DNA of 42,722 nt from Clostridiaceae bacterium (GCA_012800655.1 JAAZIX010000082.1:1-42722); one strand, 5' to 3'; numbered from the stretch's first letter, positions 8,692-17,493 are shown. The notes: generated from the letters alone by a model not told the origin. Program-made: numbers and translations.

Positions 8692-10455
8692 ATGCCGATA
8701 AAAACTCATATCGGTTTTCGTGAGAGGTTGCGCCGTGAGAGGGCAGCCGTGTCCGCCGCCCGTGAAAATAGGAACGCAGTTGTAGGGACTCGTGAGAAGG
8801 ATACGAAAGTTGCTGTTTGCTCCGGCCGACTCCGCCGCACGACGTATCTGCTTGCGCTGATCTTGGCGCTTATTCTGATGATTCCTCCGTTCTTCCCGTT
8901 ACTTCGTCATGCCGAAGAGATTGTGATTCCCACCATGCCGCCGACAGAGTCGCGCTTTGAGGATAGTGATTACGAGGAAGATCTGGTAAAGGCGCGTGAC
9001 CGTCAGGCCGAACAGCTGCGACAGATGGAGGCGCAGATGGCGGCTCTGAAGAATGAGAATGCCCTGCTTCAGGCGAAAATAGGCGAGGTGAGTGCCGAGA
9101 GCGAGGCGGTACGCCAGGCTTATGACCAGATCAAGGCCGAACTGGCGCAGGCGGCGGAGGCTCTGGAAGCGGCGATAAAAGAGTATACGGAGGCGGTGGC
9201 CGAGAGCCGGGCTAAGTTCAAGGAATATACGGAACGCCTTTCGGCGATGTTTTATCTGCGCCGTCAAAGTCTGCTGGAGGTTGTACTGAGTGCCGGCGAT
9301 ATAACCGGTGTTTATACTTGTCTGCGTTTGCGGGCAATTATCGCCCGCGACGATAAAAAGGCGCTGGACAATCTGAATAGCGCGGTAGCGGTGGCAGAAT
9401 CGTTGCGCTATGCTGCGGAAAACACAAAAAGCGAGTACGAGGAGTATGTGCGGCTCAAGCAAAAGGAGTTGACCGCCCTGGAGGAAGGTCTGGCGCAACT
9501 GGCGGAAGAGAAACGCACTCACGATGCACAGCTACTGAGCCGAGGTGACGCCCTGGAAGATCTGCGCAATGAGCACGAAGGCGTCCAGGAGGATTTAGAT
9601 CAGTTCTATGCCGACAAGGCTAAGTACGAAGAGGCCAGGCGTCTGCTGGAAAAATTGCGCGAGGAGAAGATTGCCGAGAAGAGTAGCATAGCGGCCTCGC
9701 GCAGCGAGTCGGCGAGTATTGCCGAGTCGATTCGAGCGGCTGAGTCAAGCCGGGCGGAGGAATCGCGGATTGCCGAATCGATCCGACGCTCAATCGAGGA
9801 GAGTTCGTTGGCGGAATCACGGCGTATTTCGGAATCAATACGCCTGTCTGAGGAAGAGTCACAGAATCTGAGTTTAACTTCGGATCCGGCGGAGAATTCG
9901 CAATCGGTGGTGGAGACAACTCCGAACGTAGGTGAAGATCCGACGGAGCCGTCCCGAACGACCGAAGAACCTTACGATCCGAATCGTCCGCAGCAAATGG
10001 TCTGGCCTTTACCGGCCTGGTCCTATATATCTTCGGCCTACGGGATGCGAATTCACCCTATCTCTGGACGGAAAGCCTGGCATTACGGTGTAGACTTTGC
10101 CGGACCTGGCGTGCTCGGTTCCCCGATTGTTTCGGTGCTTGATGGTGTAGTGATTATGAAAATCTACCCCTATCCGGGTCAGGCGACCTCCTGGCCGAAG
10201 GCCGGTCTGGGGAATTATGTTGCCGTACTGCATGACGACGGACTGACGTCGATATACGGACATATGATGAATATCAGCGTCAATGAAGGAGATATAGTTC
10301 GTCAGGGCGATGTTCTGGGTACTTGCGGCAGCACGGGTGCTTCAACCGGACCGCATTTGCATTTTGAACTGATCGATGAGGTTTACGGTGACCCCAATTA
10401 CAATATGCGTATTAATCCGATGGTTCCGCGCCATCTGGGTCTGCTAAGCAAATAA
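8692..10455 (+). CDS. Membrane-anchored coiled-coil M23 (LytM-domain) metallopeptidase, a likely FtsEX-associated peptidoglycan hydrolase
   Basis: ATG at 8692 follows GGGGAGGA (the ORF is open from 8674). It has an N-terminal TM (YLLALILALILMIPPFF), about 300 aa of coiled coil rich in A/E/Q/L/K, an acidic Ser/Glu/Arg repeat linker, and a C-terminal M23 domain with intact HYGVD (HxxxD) and GPHLHFE (HxH) motifs. Confidence 0.85.
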   Translation: MPIKTHIGFRERLRRERAAVSAARENRNAVVGTREKDTKVAVCSGRLRRTTYLLALILALILMIPPFFPLLRHAEEIVIPTMPPTESRFEDSDYEEDLVKARDRQAEQLRQMEAQMAALKNENALLQAKIGEVSAESEAVRQAYDQIKAELAQAAEALEAAIKEYTEAVAESRAKFKEYTERLSAMFYLRRQSLLEVVLSAGDITGVYTCLRLRAIIARDDKKALDNLNSAVAVAESLRYAAENTKSEYEEYVRLKQKELTALEEGLAQLAEEKRTHDAQLLSRGDALEDLRNEHEGVQEDLDQFYADKAKYEEARRLLEKLREEKIAEKSSIAASRSESASIAESIRAAESSRAEESRIAESIRRSIEESSLAESRRISESIRLSEEESQNLSLTSDPAENSQSVVETTPNVGEDPTEPSRTTEEPYDPNRPQQMVWPLPAWSYISSAYGMRIHPISGRKAWHYGVDFAGPGVLGSPIVSVLDGVVIMKIYPYPGQATSWPKAGLGNYVAVLHDDGLTSIYGHMMNISVNEGDIVRQGDVLGTCGSTGASTGPHLHFELIDEVYGDPNYNMRINPMVPRHLGLLSK

Positions 10456-10488
10456 TTTAGCAAATAATTTGAGGAGAACTGAAAGAGG

Positions 10489-12075
10489 ATGGAAGAGAGA
10501 TATTATTCCGAACCTGAAGAGGAGAATATGAGATATTATCAGTATCCCGAGCCGCCGCGGAAGAGTTCCGGCGGCCAAATCCTGACGGTCATCCTGGCTG
10601 TTCTACTGACCTTCCTTCTGGCGGTGGGTGCTACAGTGATAATAATGACGACCACATTGGGCTTTCGCAGAGAGATCAAGAGCAAAACGGATATTCAGCA
10701 AATCGACCCGGATTATCTCATCGGTGAAGTCGACATTATGAAAATAGTACCGCGTACGGCGGGAGACGAAGAAGCCGAAAAGCTCGAAGCGAAGAAACTC
10801 GAGGAAATCGTCAGGCATCTCTATGAAAGTTACTACCGTAACCTGACCCGCAGCGATATATATAAGGCACTGGGTCTCGGCCTGATTGAGCAGCAGGACA
10901 GTCCATACACTTATTACCTGACTGCCGAAGACTATACGCAAATCCGTACGGAAATGGGCGGCAGTTATGTTGGTATCGGCGCGTCGGTTAATGCGCCGGA
11001 GCCCGGTCGCTATGTTATTTTTGATGTTCTGGAAAATTCTCCGGCGGAAAAGGCCGGCCTGCTGGCGGATGATGAGTTCGTTTCAGTGGATAATATGTTG
11101 GTGACCAGTTTTACGGATCTCAATGATCTGGCCAATCATATAAAGGGCAAAGAGGGTACCGCGGTAACGATTGAGTTCTATCGCCCCTCGACCAAAGAGA
11201 ATTACACCGTGCAGATTATCCGCGCCAACGTCAACACTGTTGACGTTACGGTCAGTATGATAAATGATCAGGTCGGTTATTGTTATATGCGCGAGTTCAC
11301 CGGAACCTTTGCCGCCCAGTTCGAAAAGGGGATGCATGAGCTGATGGAAAAAGGAGCCAAGCAGATTGTTTTCGACCTGCGTGAAAATCCGGGCGGAGAT
11401 GCCCATCAGCTGGTCTTAGCTCTCGACATGTTATTGCCGGGGGGAGTTATCGCCACTCTCAAGGGGCGTAGCGAAGGCAAGCCGATCGAGGATGTCTGGG
11501 AGTCGACGGATTGGATGATAGTTCCGAAAGACGTTGAATTTGTCTGTCTGGTCAGCAATCGATCTGCCAGTGCGGCCGAACTCTTTGCCGGCGCATTACG
11601 TGACCACGGTCGTACCGTTATAATCGGCGAACAGACTTACGGCAAAGGTTCGGGAACCGCTTTTTTCCCGTTGGCGGACGGATCGGCGGTGAATATTACG
11701 ATTTTCCAATACTACTTACCCTCGGGCGAATTGATTGAGGGACGTGGTTTAAAGCCGAATCTGGAGATTTCTCTGCCGCAGGAGTTGCGAAGTACGTCCG
11801 TCCGTCGCCTAACCAGGGCGGAAGATACACAGTTAAAGGCGGCGTTGGATTATCTTGGAGTCTCGGGTTTATATCCGACAGCGACACCCAAGCCGACACT
11901 GACTCCGACACCGGGTCCGAAAACGACGACGCCTACAGCAGAGCCCACGGATCCCTCGACGACCGCTAAACCGACGGTGACACCCAGCAATCCCCCGACT
12001 ACTGTTACTCCCTCGTCAACCGGTAAGGCCACGCCGACCCCCACTCCCGCACCGACCAAGGGATCCGGTTCCTAA
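10489..12075 (+). CDS. S41-family C-terminal processing peptidase (CtpA/CtpB-like) with a PDZ domain and a Pro/Thr-rich tail
   Basis: N-terminal TM; a PDZ-like stretch GIGASV...VIFDVLENSPAEKAGLLADDEFVSVDN; the S41 catalytic region DLRENPGG...NRSASAAELFAGALRD...GEQTYGKGSG. Its position downstream of ftsEX matches the ftsEX-ctpB neighbourhood in Bacillus. Confidence 0.9.
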   Translation: MEERYYSEPEEENMRYYQYPEPPRKSSGGQILTVILAVLLTFLLAVGATVIIMTTTLGFRREIKSKTDIQQIDPDYLIGEVDIMKIVPRTAGDEEAEKLEAKKLEEIVRHLYESYYRNLTRSDIYKALGLGLIEQQDSPYTYYLTAEDYTQIRTEMGGSYVGIGASVNAPEPGRYVIFDVLENSPAEKAGLLADDEFVSVDNMLVTSFTDLNDLANHIKGKEGTAVTIEFYRPSTKENYTVQIIRANVNTVDVTVSMINDQVGYCYMREFTGTFAAQFEKGMHELMEKGAKQIVFDLRENPGGDAHQLVLALDMLLPGGVIATLKGRSEGKPIEDVWESTDWMIVPKDVEFVCLVSNRSASAAELFAGALRDHGRTVIIGEQTYGKGSGTAFFPLADGSAVNITIFQYYLPSGELIEGRGLKPNLEISLPQELRSTSVRRLTRAEDTQLKAALDYLGVSGLYPTATPKPTLTPTPGPKTTTPTAEPTDPSTTAKPTVTPSNPPTTVTPSSTGKATPTPTPAPTKGSGS

Positions 12076-12079
12076 TGAC

Positions 12080-13018
12080 GTGATGCCGCAACAGATTCCC
12101 AATCCGTACGATCTAATCGTTCACAGCTACGCCCATTTCCAGGATCCGGCGGTCGAGGCGGTGCGCCGGGTGAGTGCCGAACTGCTGGCGCTTGCGGCCT
12201 TGCGTGACGAACTGCCGTCCGCGACTTTGCCATATGTTATTATTGAAGCCCCCCGTATAAATGATTTTATGTCCTCGCCTATATCTTTTTCCGGAAGTTC
12301 GGGCGGCGGTGATTGGTCGGATCGTGCCGCCGCTGACTTAGGTTGCGGCGCCGGTGAATTTGCGGCCGGTCTGGCGGCACGCGGGGCGCGCGTTTACGGA
12401 TATGACAGTTCCGCGGAAATGCTGGCTCGAGCCGAGCGGGATTTTCCGTCCGCTTCCTACCCGAACTTACATTTCATTCGTACGGAATTGCCCGAATTTA
12501 ACGCGCCGGAACCTCTGACCGCCTGCTTTGCCCTGCATGATGTCGTCAATCATTTGACCAATGCCAAGGCAGTGCGTCAACTTTTCGAGAATTGTTACGC
12601 TCAGTTGGAGGCGGGCGGTTGTTTTGTCTTTGATGTTCTGACCGAGCGCTATGCCCGGGCGATGGTGGCGACGGATTTGTCCTATTATTTGGCTGAGGAT
12701 CTGACCGCTTTCTTTTATAATACCTACAAAGCTGCCTATTTGACCGCGGAAATCACGCTCTTTTTACCCGTATCGGGGGCGGTAGCGGATAATCTGCCCG
12801 TTACCGGAACACTGTGGCGGCGGCATGAACTGCAAATTAAACAAAGAATCTATAAAATAAGCGCTTTGAGCAAGGTGCTTAACGACAGTGGATTCAGAGC
12901 CGTGCACTGGTTCGCACTGCGCCATCCCCATGCCGAGGTGCTTCGGGCCGAATTACCGGAGACGGCGGACGGATCTCCGGAGCGGGAGCTGCGCCTTTAT
13001 TGTTGTGCGAGGAAATGA
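12080..13018 (+). CDS. Class I SAM-dependent methyltransferase
   Basis: Motif I DLGCGAGEFAAGLAARGARVYGYDSSAEML and a downstream acidic-loop pattern. The start is GTG at 12080 or ATG at 12083. Confidence 0.75.
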   Translation: MMPQQIPNPYDLIVHSYAHFQDPAVEAVRRVSAELLALAALRDELPSATLPYVIIEAPRINDFMSSPISFSGSSGGGDWSDRAAADLGCGAGEFAAGLAARGARVYGYDSSAEMLARAERDFPSASYPNLHFIRTELPEFNAPEPLTACFALHDVVNHLTNAKAVRQLFENCYAQLEAGGCFVFDVLTERYARAMVATDLSYYLAEDLTAFFYNTYKAAYLTAEITLFLPVSGAVADNLPVTGTLWRRHELQIKQRIYKISALSKVLNDSGFRAVHWFALRHPHAEVLRAELPETADGSPERELRLYCCARK

Positions 13019-13023
13019 TAAAT

Positions 13024-13902
13024 ATGCTTGAGTACAGAGACGAGTTGGTACGCGCCGTAATGATGGGAGGAAAGGCCCGCCTGCTGGCGGTTACCGCCCG
13101 TGACTCGGTAAGTGAATTGGCGCGGGTACATGCGCTATCTCCGACGATGACGGTGGCGGGCGGGCGCTGGCTGATTTGCGGTATTTTTGCCGGTGCCGAT
13201 CTGAAAGGCGAGACTGATGCGGTTAACGTCACTGTGCAGTGCGACGGACCGGTTGAGGCATTGACGACGGTATGCGACTACGGCAATCGGGTGCGCCAAT
13301 CGGTGCTGCATCCTCACCTGGAATTGCCGGAGGGGGAAAATTATCGCGACCTCAGTGCTCTGTTCGGTAAAGGCATGATGCGGGTGACTCGTACGCAGGG
13401 AGAGATGCGTCCTTGGATGGGTACATGTGACCTGCTCAGCGGCAATGCGGGTGACGATTTTGCTTATTATCTAACCACTTCAGAACAGGTGAACAGCTTT
13501 GTCAGCCTGAGCGTTGAGATTGATCGTGGCGGAGTTGTGGCCGCCGGAGGTCTCCTAGTGCAGGCTCTACCCGGTTGCGAGGAGGAGGATCTGGATTATC
13601 TCGAAGTACGGGCGCAGGGGATGCCGCCTCTGAGCTTTTTTCTGCGGGAAGGATTCACCGCTGCGCAGCTGATTGAGTTGTTTGCCGGGCGAAGTGCCGT
13701 CGAATATTTGGCGACCGAGCAGGTTGCGTACAGTTGCCCCTGTTCACGCTCACGGATGAGCCGCAACCTAATTGCCCTGGGGCGGGAGCAGTTGTCGGAG
13801 CTGGCTGCCGATCCGGAAGGGATTGAGCTGGTTTGCTGGTTCTGCCAAACGCGCTACAAATTTTCCCGGGCTGAGGTGAGCGAATTATTGGCGGCGCGCT
13901 GA
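13024..13902 (+). CDS. hslO: Hsp33 redox-regulated chaperone
   Basis: Hsp33 fold sequence with the C-terminal zinc centre CPCSRSR...CWFCQTRYKF (CxC...CxxC). The ATG at 13024 follows GAGGAA; the ORF track start at 13000 would overlap the upstream gene. Confidence 0.9.
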   Translation: MLEYRDELVRAVMMGGKARLLAVTARDSVSELARVHALSPTMTVAGGRWLICGIFAGADLKGETDAVNVTVQCDGPVEALTTVCDYGNRVRQSVLHPHLELPEGENYRDLSALFGKGMMRVTRTQGEMRPWMGTCDLLSGNAGDDFAYYLTTSEQVNSFVSLSVEIDRGGVVAAGGLLVQALPGCEEEDLDYLEVRAQGMPPLSFFLREGFTAAQLIELFAGRSAVEYLATEQVAYSCPCSRSRMSRNLIALGREQLSELAADPEGIELVCWFCQTRYKFSRAEVSELLAAR

Positions 13903-13953
13903 GGATCTCGGCGCGAAAATATCAGGTTTAGTAATGCTGGGAGTGCCCGATGT

Positions 13954-13982
13954 TTGGCAAGTCAGGTTGTGCTTGCTATAAT
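13954..13982 (+). promoter_or_regulatory. Strong sigma-A type promoter for the nucleotidyltransferase-deacetylase pair
   Basis: TTGGCA (13954-13959), 17-nt spacer, TATAAT (13977-13982), about 45 nt upstream of the ATG at 14026. Confidence 0.6.
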
Positions 13983-14025
13983 CGAGCTCGGGCAGGGGAC
14001 TGTCGATACAGAAAGTAGGTAAAGT

Positions 14026-14982
14026 ATGTTCAAACCGATTTTAGTTGTTCTGGCCGCCGGTATGGGTAGCCGTTACGGCGGTCTCAAGCAGATCGATCCG
14101 GTGGGTCCGAACGGAGAAGTGATAATCGACTATTCTCTGTATGATGCGAAGCAGGCCGGCTTCGAGACCGTTGTTTTTATCATTAAAGAGGAGATAGAGG
14201 CTGCATTTAGAAAAGCGATCGGTGACCGTATAGAGCGGTACATGGAAGTGCGCTATGCTTTCCAGGAGCTGACGATGTTTACGGAAGAAGCGGGAATCCC
14301 TGAGGACAGAGAGCGGCCCTGGGGCACCAGCCATGCCGTGCTCTGCGCCGCCGATCAGATTGATGCACCCTTTGCGGTAATCAACGCAGACGATTATTAC
14401 GGCCCCGGCGCCTACAAGCTACTGTATGAGTTTCTGCGCGATCATGCCGACAGCCCGCAAAATGATTACTGCATGATCGGCTATCGCCTAGAAAATACTT
14501 TGACGGATCACGGAACCGTATCGCGGGGCATCTGTTCGAGTGACGCGAATGACTACCTGCTGGTGATTGACGAGCGGAAGAAAATCGAAAAATTACCTGG
14601 CGGGGGACGCTTTACGGAGGATGAGGGAGCGAGCTGGGAATTCCTGCCCGGCAATACACTGGTATCTATGAACATGTGGGGCTTTACTCCTGCTTTCCTC
14701 GGACAGCTGGAGGAGCTCTTTCCGGAGTTCCTGCAGCAGATCAAGGAGGAGAACCCGCTCCGAGGAGAGTTCTATCTGCCGGCGGCGATCGCGGCTCTGT
14801 TGGCTGACGATAGGGCGCGGGTCAAGGTTTTGCCTAGTCCCGACCGCTGGTTCGGCGTGACGTATCGCGAAGATAAGCCGCGGGTTATGGAGGCCCTGGC
14901 GGCTAAGCACGCGGCAGGCGAATATCCAACGCCATTGTGGAGCAGTGATACCCACGGAGAATCAGAAATTAATTATGCGTAA
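14026..14982 (+). CDS. Sugar-phosphate nucleotidyltransferase family protein (GT-A/NTP_transferase fold)
   Basis: N-terminal nucleotide-binding loop LAAGMGSRYGGLKQ and INADDYYG. 318 aa. The substrate cannot be assigned from sequence alone. Confidence 0.75.
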   Translation: MFKPILVVLAAGMGSRYGGLKQIDPVGPNGEVIIDYSLYDAKQAGFETVVFIIKEEIEAAFRKAIGDRIERYMEVRYAFQELTMFTEEAGIPEDRERPWGTSHAVLCAADQIDAPFAVINADDYYGPGAYKLLYEFLRDHADSPQNDYCMIGYRLENTLTDHGTVSRGICSSDANDYLLVIDERKKIEKLPGGGRFTEDEGASWEFLPGNTLVSMNMWGFTPAFLGQLEELFPEFLQQIKEENPLRGEFYLPAAIAALLADDRARVKVLPSPDRWFGVTYREDKPRVMEALAAKHAAGEYPTPLWSSDTHGESEINYA

Positions 14983-16075
14983 ATACGGTAAATCGGCGAT
15001 AATTCTCGCCCTCCTCATTTTTATCATGCCGGTCTGGGCGGCCTGTACGCGTTTGCCTCTGCCCGGCACGAACGGATGGAATATTGCGGACGGAACAACG
15101 CTTCCGGATGAGCCCAAAGAGACGATTGCCGAACCTCCGGCTTCATCGACAACCGTTCCCACTGCCGCACCGACGTCGACCTCCGTTCTGACCCCGATCC
15201 CGACTCCATCCCCTTCTCCGTCACCGAGTCCGATTCCTTCCCCGTCACCGAGTCCGACCTCAACTCCCACCCCCACTCCGACTCTTACCCCAACCCCGAT
15301 CCCGACCAGCCCCCCGGTCAGCGGTAATATCGATGAGGCAAAGATTTTGAGTCTGGATAATACTACTCGTGGCTGGTGGTATCGCGTCCCGAAGCCGCCT
15401 TTTGAGGATATTCCGGCCGGTATTGACGCGCCGATCCAGGATCTGCTAGATAAGTACGGGGCATACTGGCAGGCCAAGCCAAAGCCGGGGAAGAAGACGG
15501 TCTATATCACCATGGACGAAGGCTATGAGTACGAAGAAAATACGACATCTATTCTGAATACGGCACGTGAGAAAGGGGTAAAAATTAACTTTTTCATCAC
15601 CGGGCATTTTTTGAAAAGCCGTCCGGATCTGGTAAAGCGCATGCTGGCAGAGGGTCATTTGGTCGGTTCGCACACTTATTCGCATCCGAGCACCCCGGAT
15701 CTGCTGGCCAAAAAGGGCGTTAGCGCGGTTGTAGATGATCTGCGCCGTTTGGAAAAGGAGTACACCGCCCTGACCGGACAGAATATAGCAATGTGGTTAC
15801 GCCCGCCGCAGGGCAGTTACAGCGAGGCGACCCTGGAACTGTGGCGGCAGATGGGCTACAAGCCGGTGATGTGGAGTTTTGCCTATAGGGACTGGGAGGT
15901 AAACGCGCAACCGAAGCCGAAAGACGCCAAAGAGCGGATTCTCGGTGAATTGCACGACGGATCGATTCTGTTGATTCATGCGGTTTCCAAAACCAACGCG
16001 CAGATTCTGGGAAGTATAATCGACGGAATTCGCGAGCGCGGATATAGTATCGAGTTGCTTTCGGAGCTGCCGTAA
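14975..16075 (+). CDS. Polysaccharide deacetylase (NodB domain), PdaA-like, probable lipoprotein with a Pro/Thr/Ser linker
   Basis: ATG at 14975 gives MRKYGKSAIILALLIFIMPVWAAC, a signal peptide plus a lipobox-like Cys. NodB motifs are present: TMDEGY, GSHTYSHP, LRPPQGSY. From memory it is colinear with B. subtilis PdaA. It overlaps the upstream gene by 8 nt. Confidence 0.85.
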   Translation: MRKYGKSAIILALLIFIMPVWAACTRLPLPGTNGWNIADGTTLPDEPKETIAEPPASSTTVPTAAPTSTSVLTPIPTPSPSPSPSPIPSPSPSPTSTPTPTPTLTPTPIPTSPPVSGNIDEAKILSLDNTTRGWWYRVPKPPFEDIPAGIDAPIQDLLDKYGAYWQAKPKPGKKTVYITMDEGYEYEENTTSILNTAREKGVKINFFITGHFLKSRPDLVKRMLAEGHLVGSHTYSHPSTPDLLAKKGVSAVVDDLRRLEKEYTALTGQNIAMWLRPPQGSYSEATLELWRQMGYKPVMWSFAYRDWEVNAQPKPKDAKERILGELHDGSILLIHAVSKTNAQILGSIIDGIRERGYSIELLSELP

Positions 16076-16162
16076 AGAAACTACAGCAGATTGAACAGGC
16101 TTTTGCGGAGCGCTCGGGAAAACTTTGTGCAAAATTAATTCTTAAGATGTGTGCAACGGCAC

Positions 16163-16191
16163 TTGCATGAAATAGATATTTTTGCTAATAT
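16163..16191 (+). promoter_or_regulatory. Near-consensus sigma-A promoter of the S10 ribosomal protein operon
   Basis: TTGCAT (16163-16168), exactly 17-nt spacer, TAATAT (16186-16191). The predicted TSS is about 315 nt upstream of rpsJ. Confidence 0.6.
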
Positions 16192-16392
16192 GGTCGCCGT
16201 TGCGCTTTTCAGGTCGCTTTCGGACGACATTACGCCCTAAGCAGCGGAGCGCACAAATGTGATGACGTCTGAGATTGCTCCCCGGCTCCTGCCGCCGATG
16301 GGAGGTAACTTAGACAGAGAAGTCGGCTCGAGAAGCCGGCGAGGTCTGTAGGGTTGGGACAAGATCCCGAATGTGCCGCGAAATGCGGTTGG

Positions 16393-16422
16393 CCCAGCGA
16401 GACATGCTCAGCTGGGTTTTAT
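16393..16422 (+). promoter_or_regulatory. Terminator-like hairpin inside the rpsJ leader (candidate attenuator)
   Basis: CCCAGCGAG-ACATG-CTC(A)GCTGGG followed by TTTTAT. That is 9 bp with one bulge, located about 95 nt upstream of the rpsJ ATG. Confidence 0.4.
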
Positions 16423-16513
16423 GATGAGGGTAGATGGAACGCCCGGGTCGGTGTTGAAAAACGCGATACGGGTCCCGATACCGGAGACGAGCAGAATTAT
16501 TGGAGGATAGAGA

Positions 16514-16825
16514 ATGGCTGTCAATCAAAAAATCAGGATTAGATTAAAAGCCTTTGACCATGAGATTTTGGATCAGAGCGCTCAGCGCATCGTCGAAACC
16601 GCGCAGCGGACGGGAGCGAGTGTTTCCGGACCGATTCCTCTGCCGACAACACGCGAGATAACGACGATCCTGCGTTCCCCGCACGTCGACAAAGATTCGC
16701 GGGAACAGTTCGAGTTGCGCACATATAAGCGCCTGATCGATATTTTAGCGCCCAACCCCAATACCGTTGATGCTTTGATCAAGTTGGATATGCCCGCCGG
16801 CGTGAACGTGGAGATCAAGCTCTAA
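16514..16825 (+). CDS. rpsJ: 30S ribosomal protein S10
   Basis: [30 protein letters not shown]...; SD GGAGGA 7 nt upstream; first gene of the S10 operon. Confidence 0.97.
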   Translation: MAVNQKIRIRLKAFDHEILDQSAQRIVETAQRTGASVSGPIPLPTTREITTILRSPHVDKDSREQFELRTYKRLIDILAPNPNTVDALIKLDMPAGVNVEIKL

Positions 16826-16854
16826 GGCAAGGCGACATTGTGGAGGAATGAGAA

Positions 16855-17493
16855 GTGAGTAAATTTATGCTGGGTTACAAAGCAGGTATGACGCAGATCT
16901 TCAACGAAGACGGAATTGCCATACCTGTTACCGTGATTCAATGCGGACCTATATATGTAATGGCCAGAAAGACTCCCGCCACTGACGGGTATTCCGCCGT
17001 CCAGGTGGCCTTTGACGATGTCAAGCCCTCGCGGGTCAATCGTCCCGAGACCGGACAGTTTGAAAAGGCCGGTGTCAGCCCCAAGCGCCATGTGCGCGAG
17101 TTCAGGGTTGCGGATGATGCGGAGTTTGCGCCGGGTCAGCTTATCAACGTCAGCGAGATGTTTGCCGTCGGGGATCGAGTTGATGTAACGGGAACTTCGA
17201 AAGGTAAAGGATTTCAGGGTGCCATCAAGCGCCACGGTCAGAGCATAGGACGTCAATCGCACGGTTCGAAATATCACCGCCGAGTCGGCTCCATGGGAGC
17301 ATCGGCGACGCCGGCGCGCGTCCTGAAGGGCAAGAAGTTGCCCGGACAGATGGGTAACGAACGGGTTACGGTGCAAAATCTCGACGTGGTCATGGTAGAC
17401 GGTGAACGTAATATCCTGGTTCTTAAGGGAGCTGTTCCCGGAATCAAAGGCGGTTGTTTGGCAATTAAACAAACCGTCAAGAGTGCCAAATAG
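16855..17493 (+). CDS. rplC: 50S ribosomal protein L3
   Basis: GYKAGMTQIFNEDG... is an L3 signature. GTG at 16855 lies 8 nt after GGAGGA; the ATG at 16867 is an alternative start. Confidence 0.95.
   Translation: MSKFMLGYKAGMTQIFNEDGIAIPVTVIQCGPIYVMARKTPATDGYSAVQVAFDDVKPSRVNRPETGQFEKAGVSPKRHVREFRVADDAEFAPGQLINVSEMFAVGDRVDVTGTSKGKGFQGAIKRHGQSIGRQSHGSKYHRRVGSMGASATPARVLKGKKLPGQMGNERVTVQNLDVVMVDGERNILVLKGAVPGIKGGCLAIKQTVKSAK

Noticed and set aside
16076-16162. Looked for a terminator after the deacetylase gene, and for tRNA, rRNA or other known RNA genes in the large 16076-16513 gap
   Set aside because: No stable hairpin with a U-tract follows the stop. There is no tRNA cloverleaf, RNase P, SRP, tmRNA or 6S-like signature that I can recognise by eye.
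16310-16542. Two small ORFs (62 aa on +, 72 aa on -) in the rpsJ leader
   Set aside because: Neither has an SD. Both overlap the rpsJ start region. Their composition is not protein-like. The region is better explained as structured RNA.
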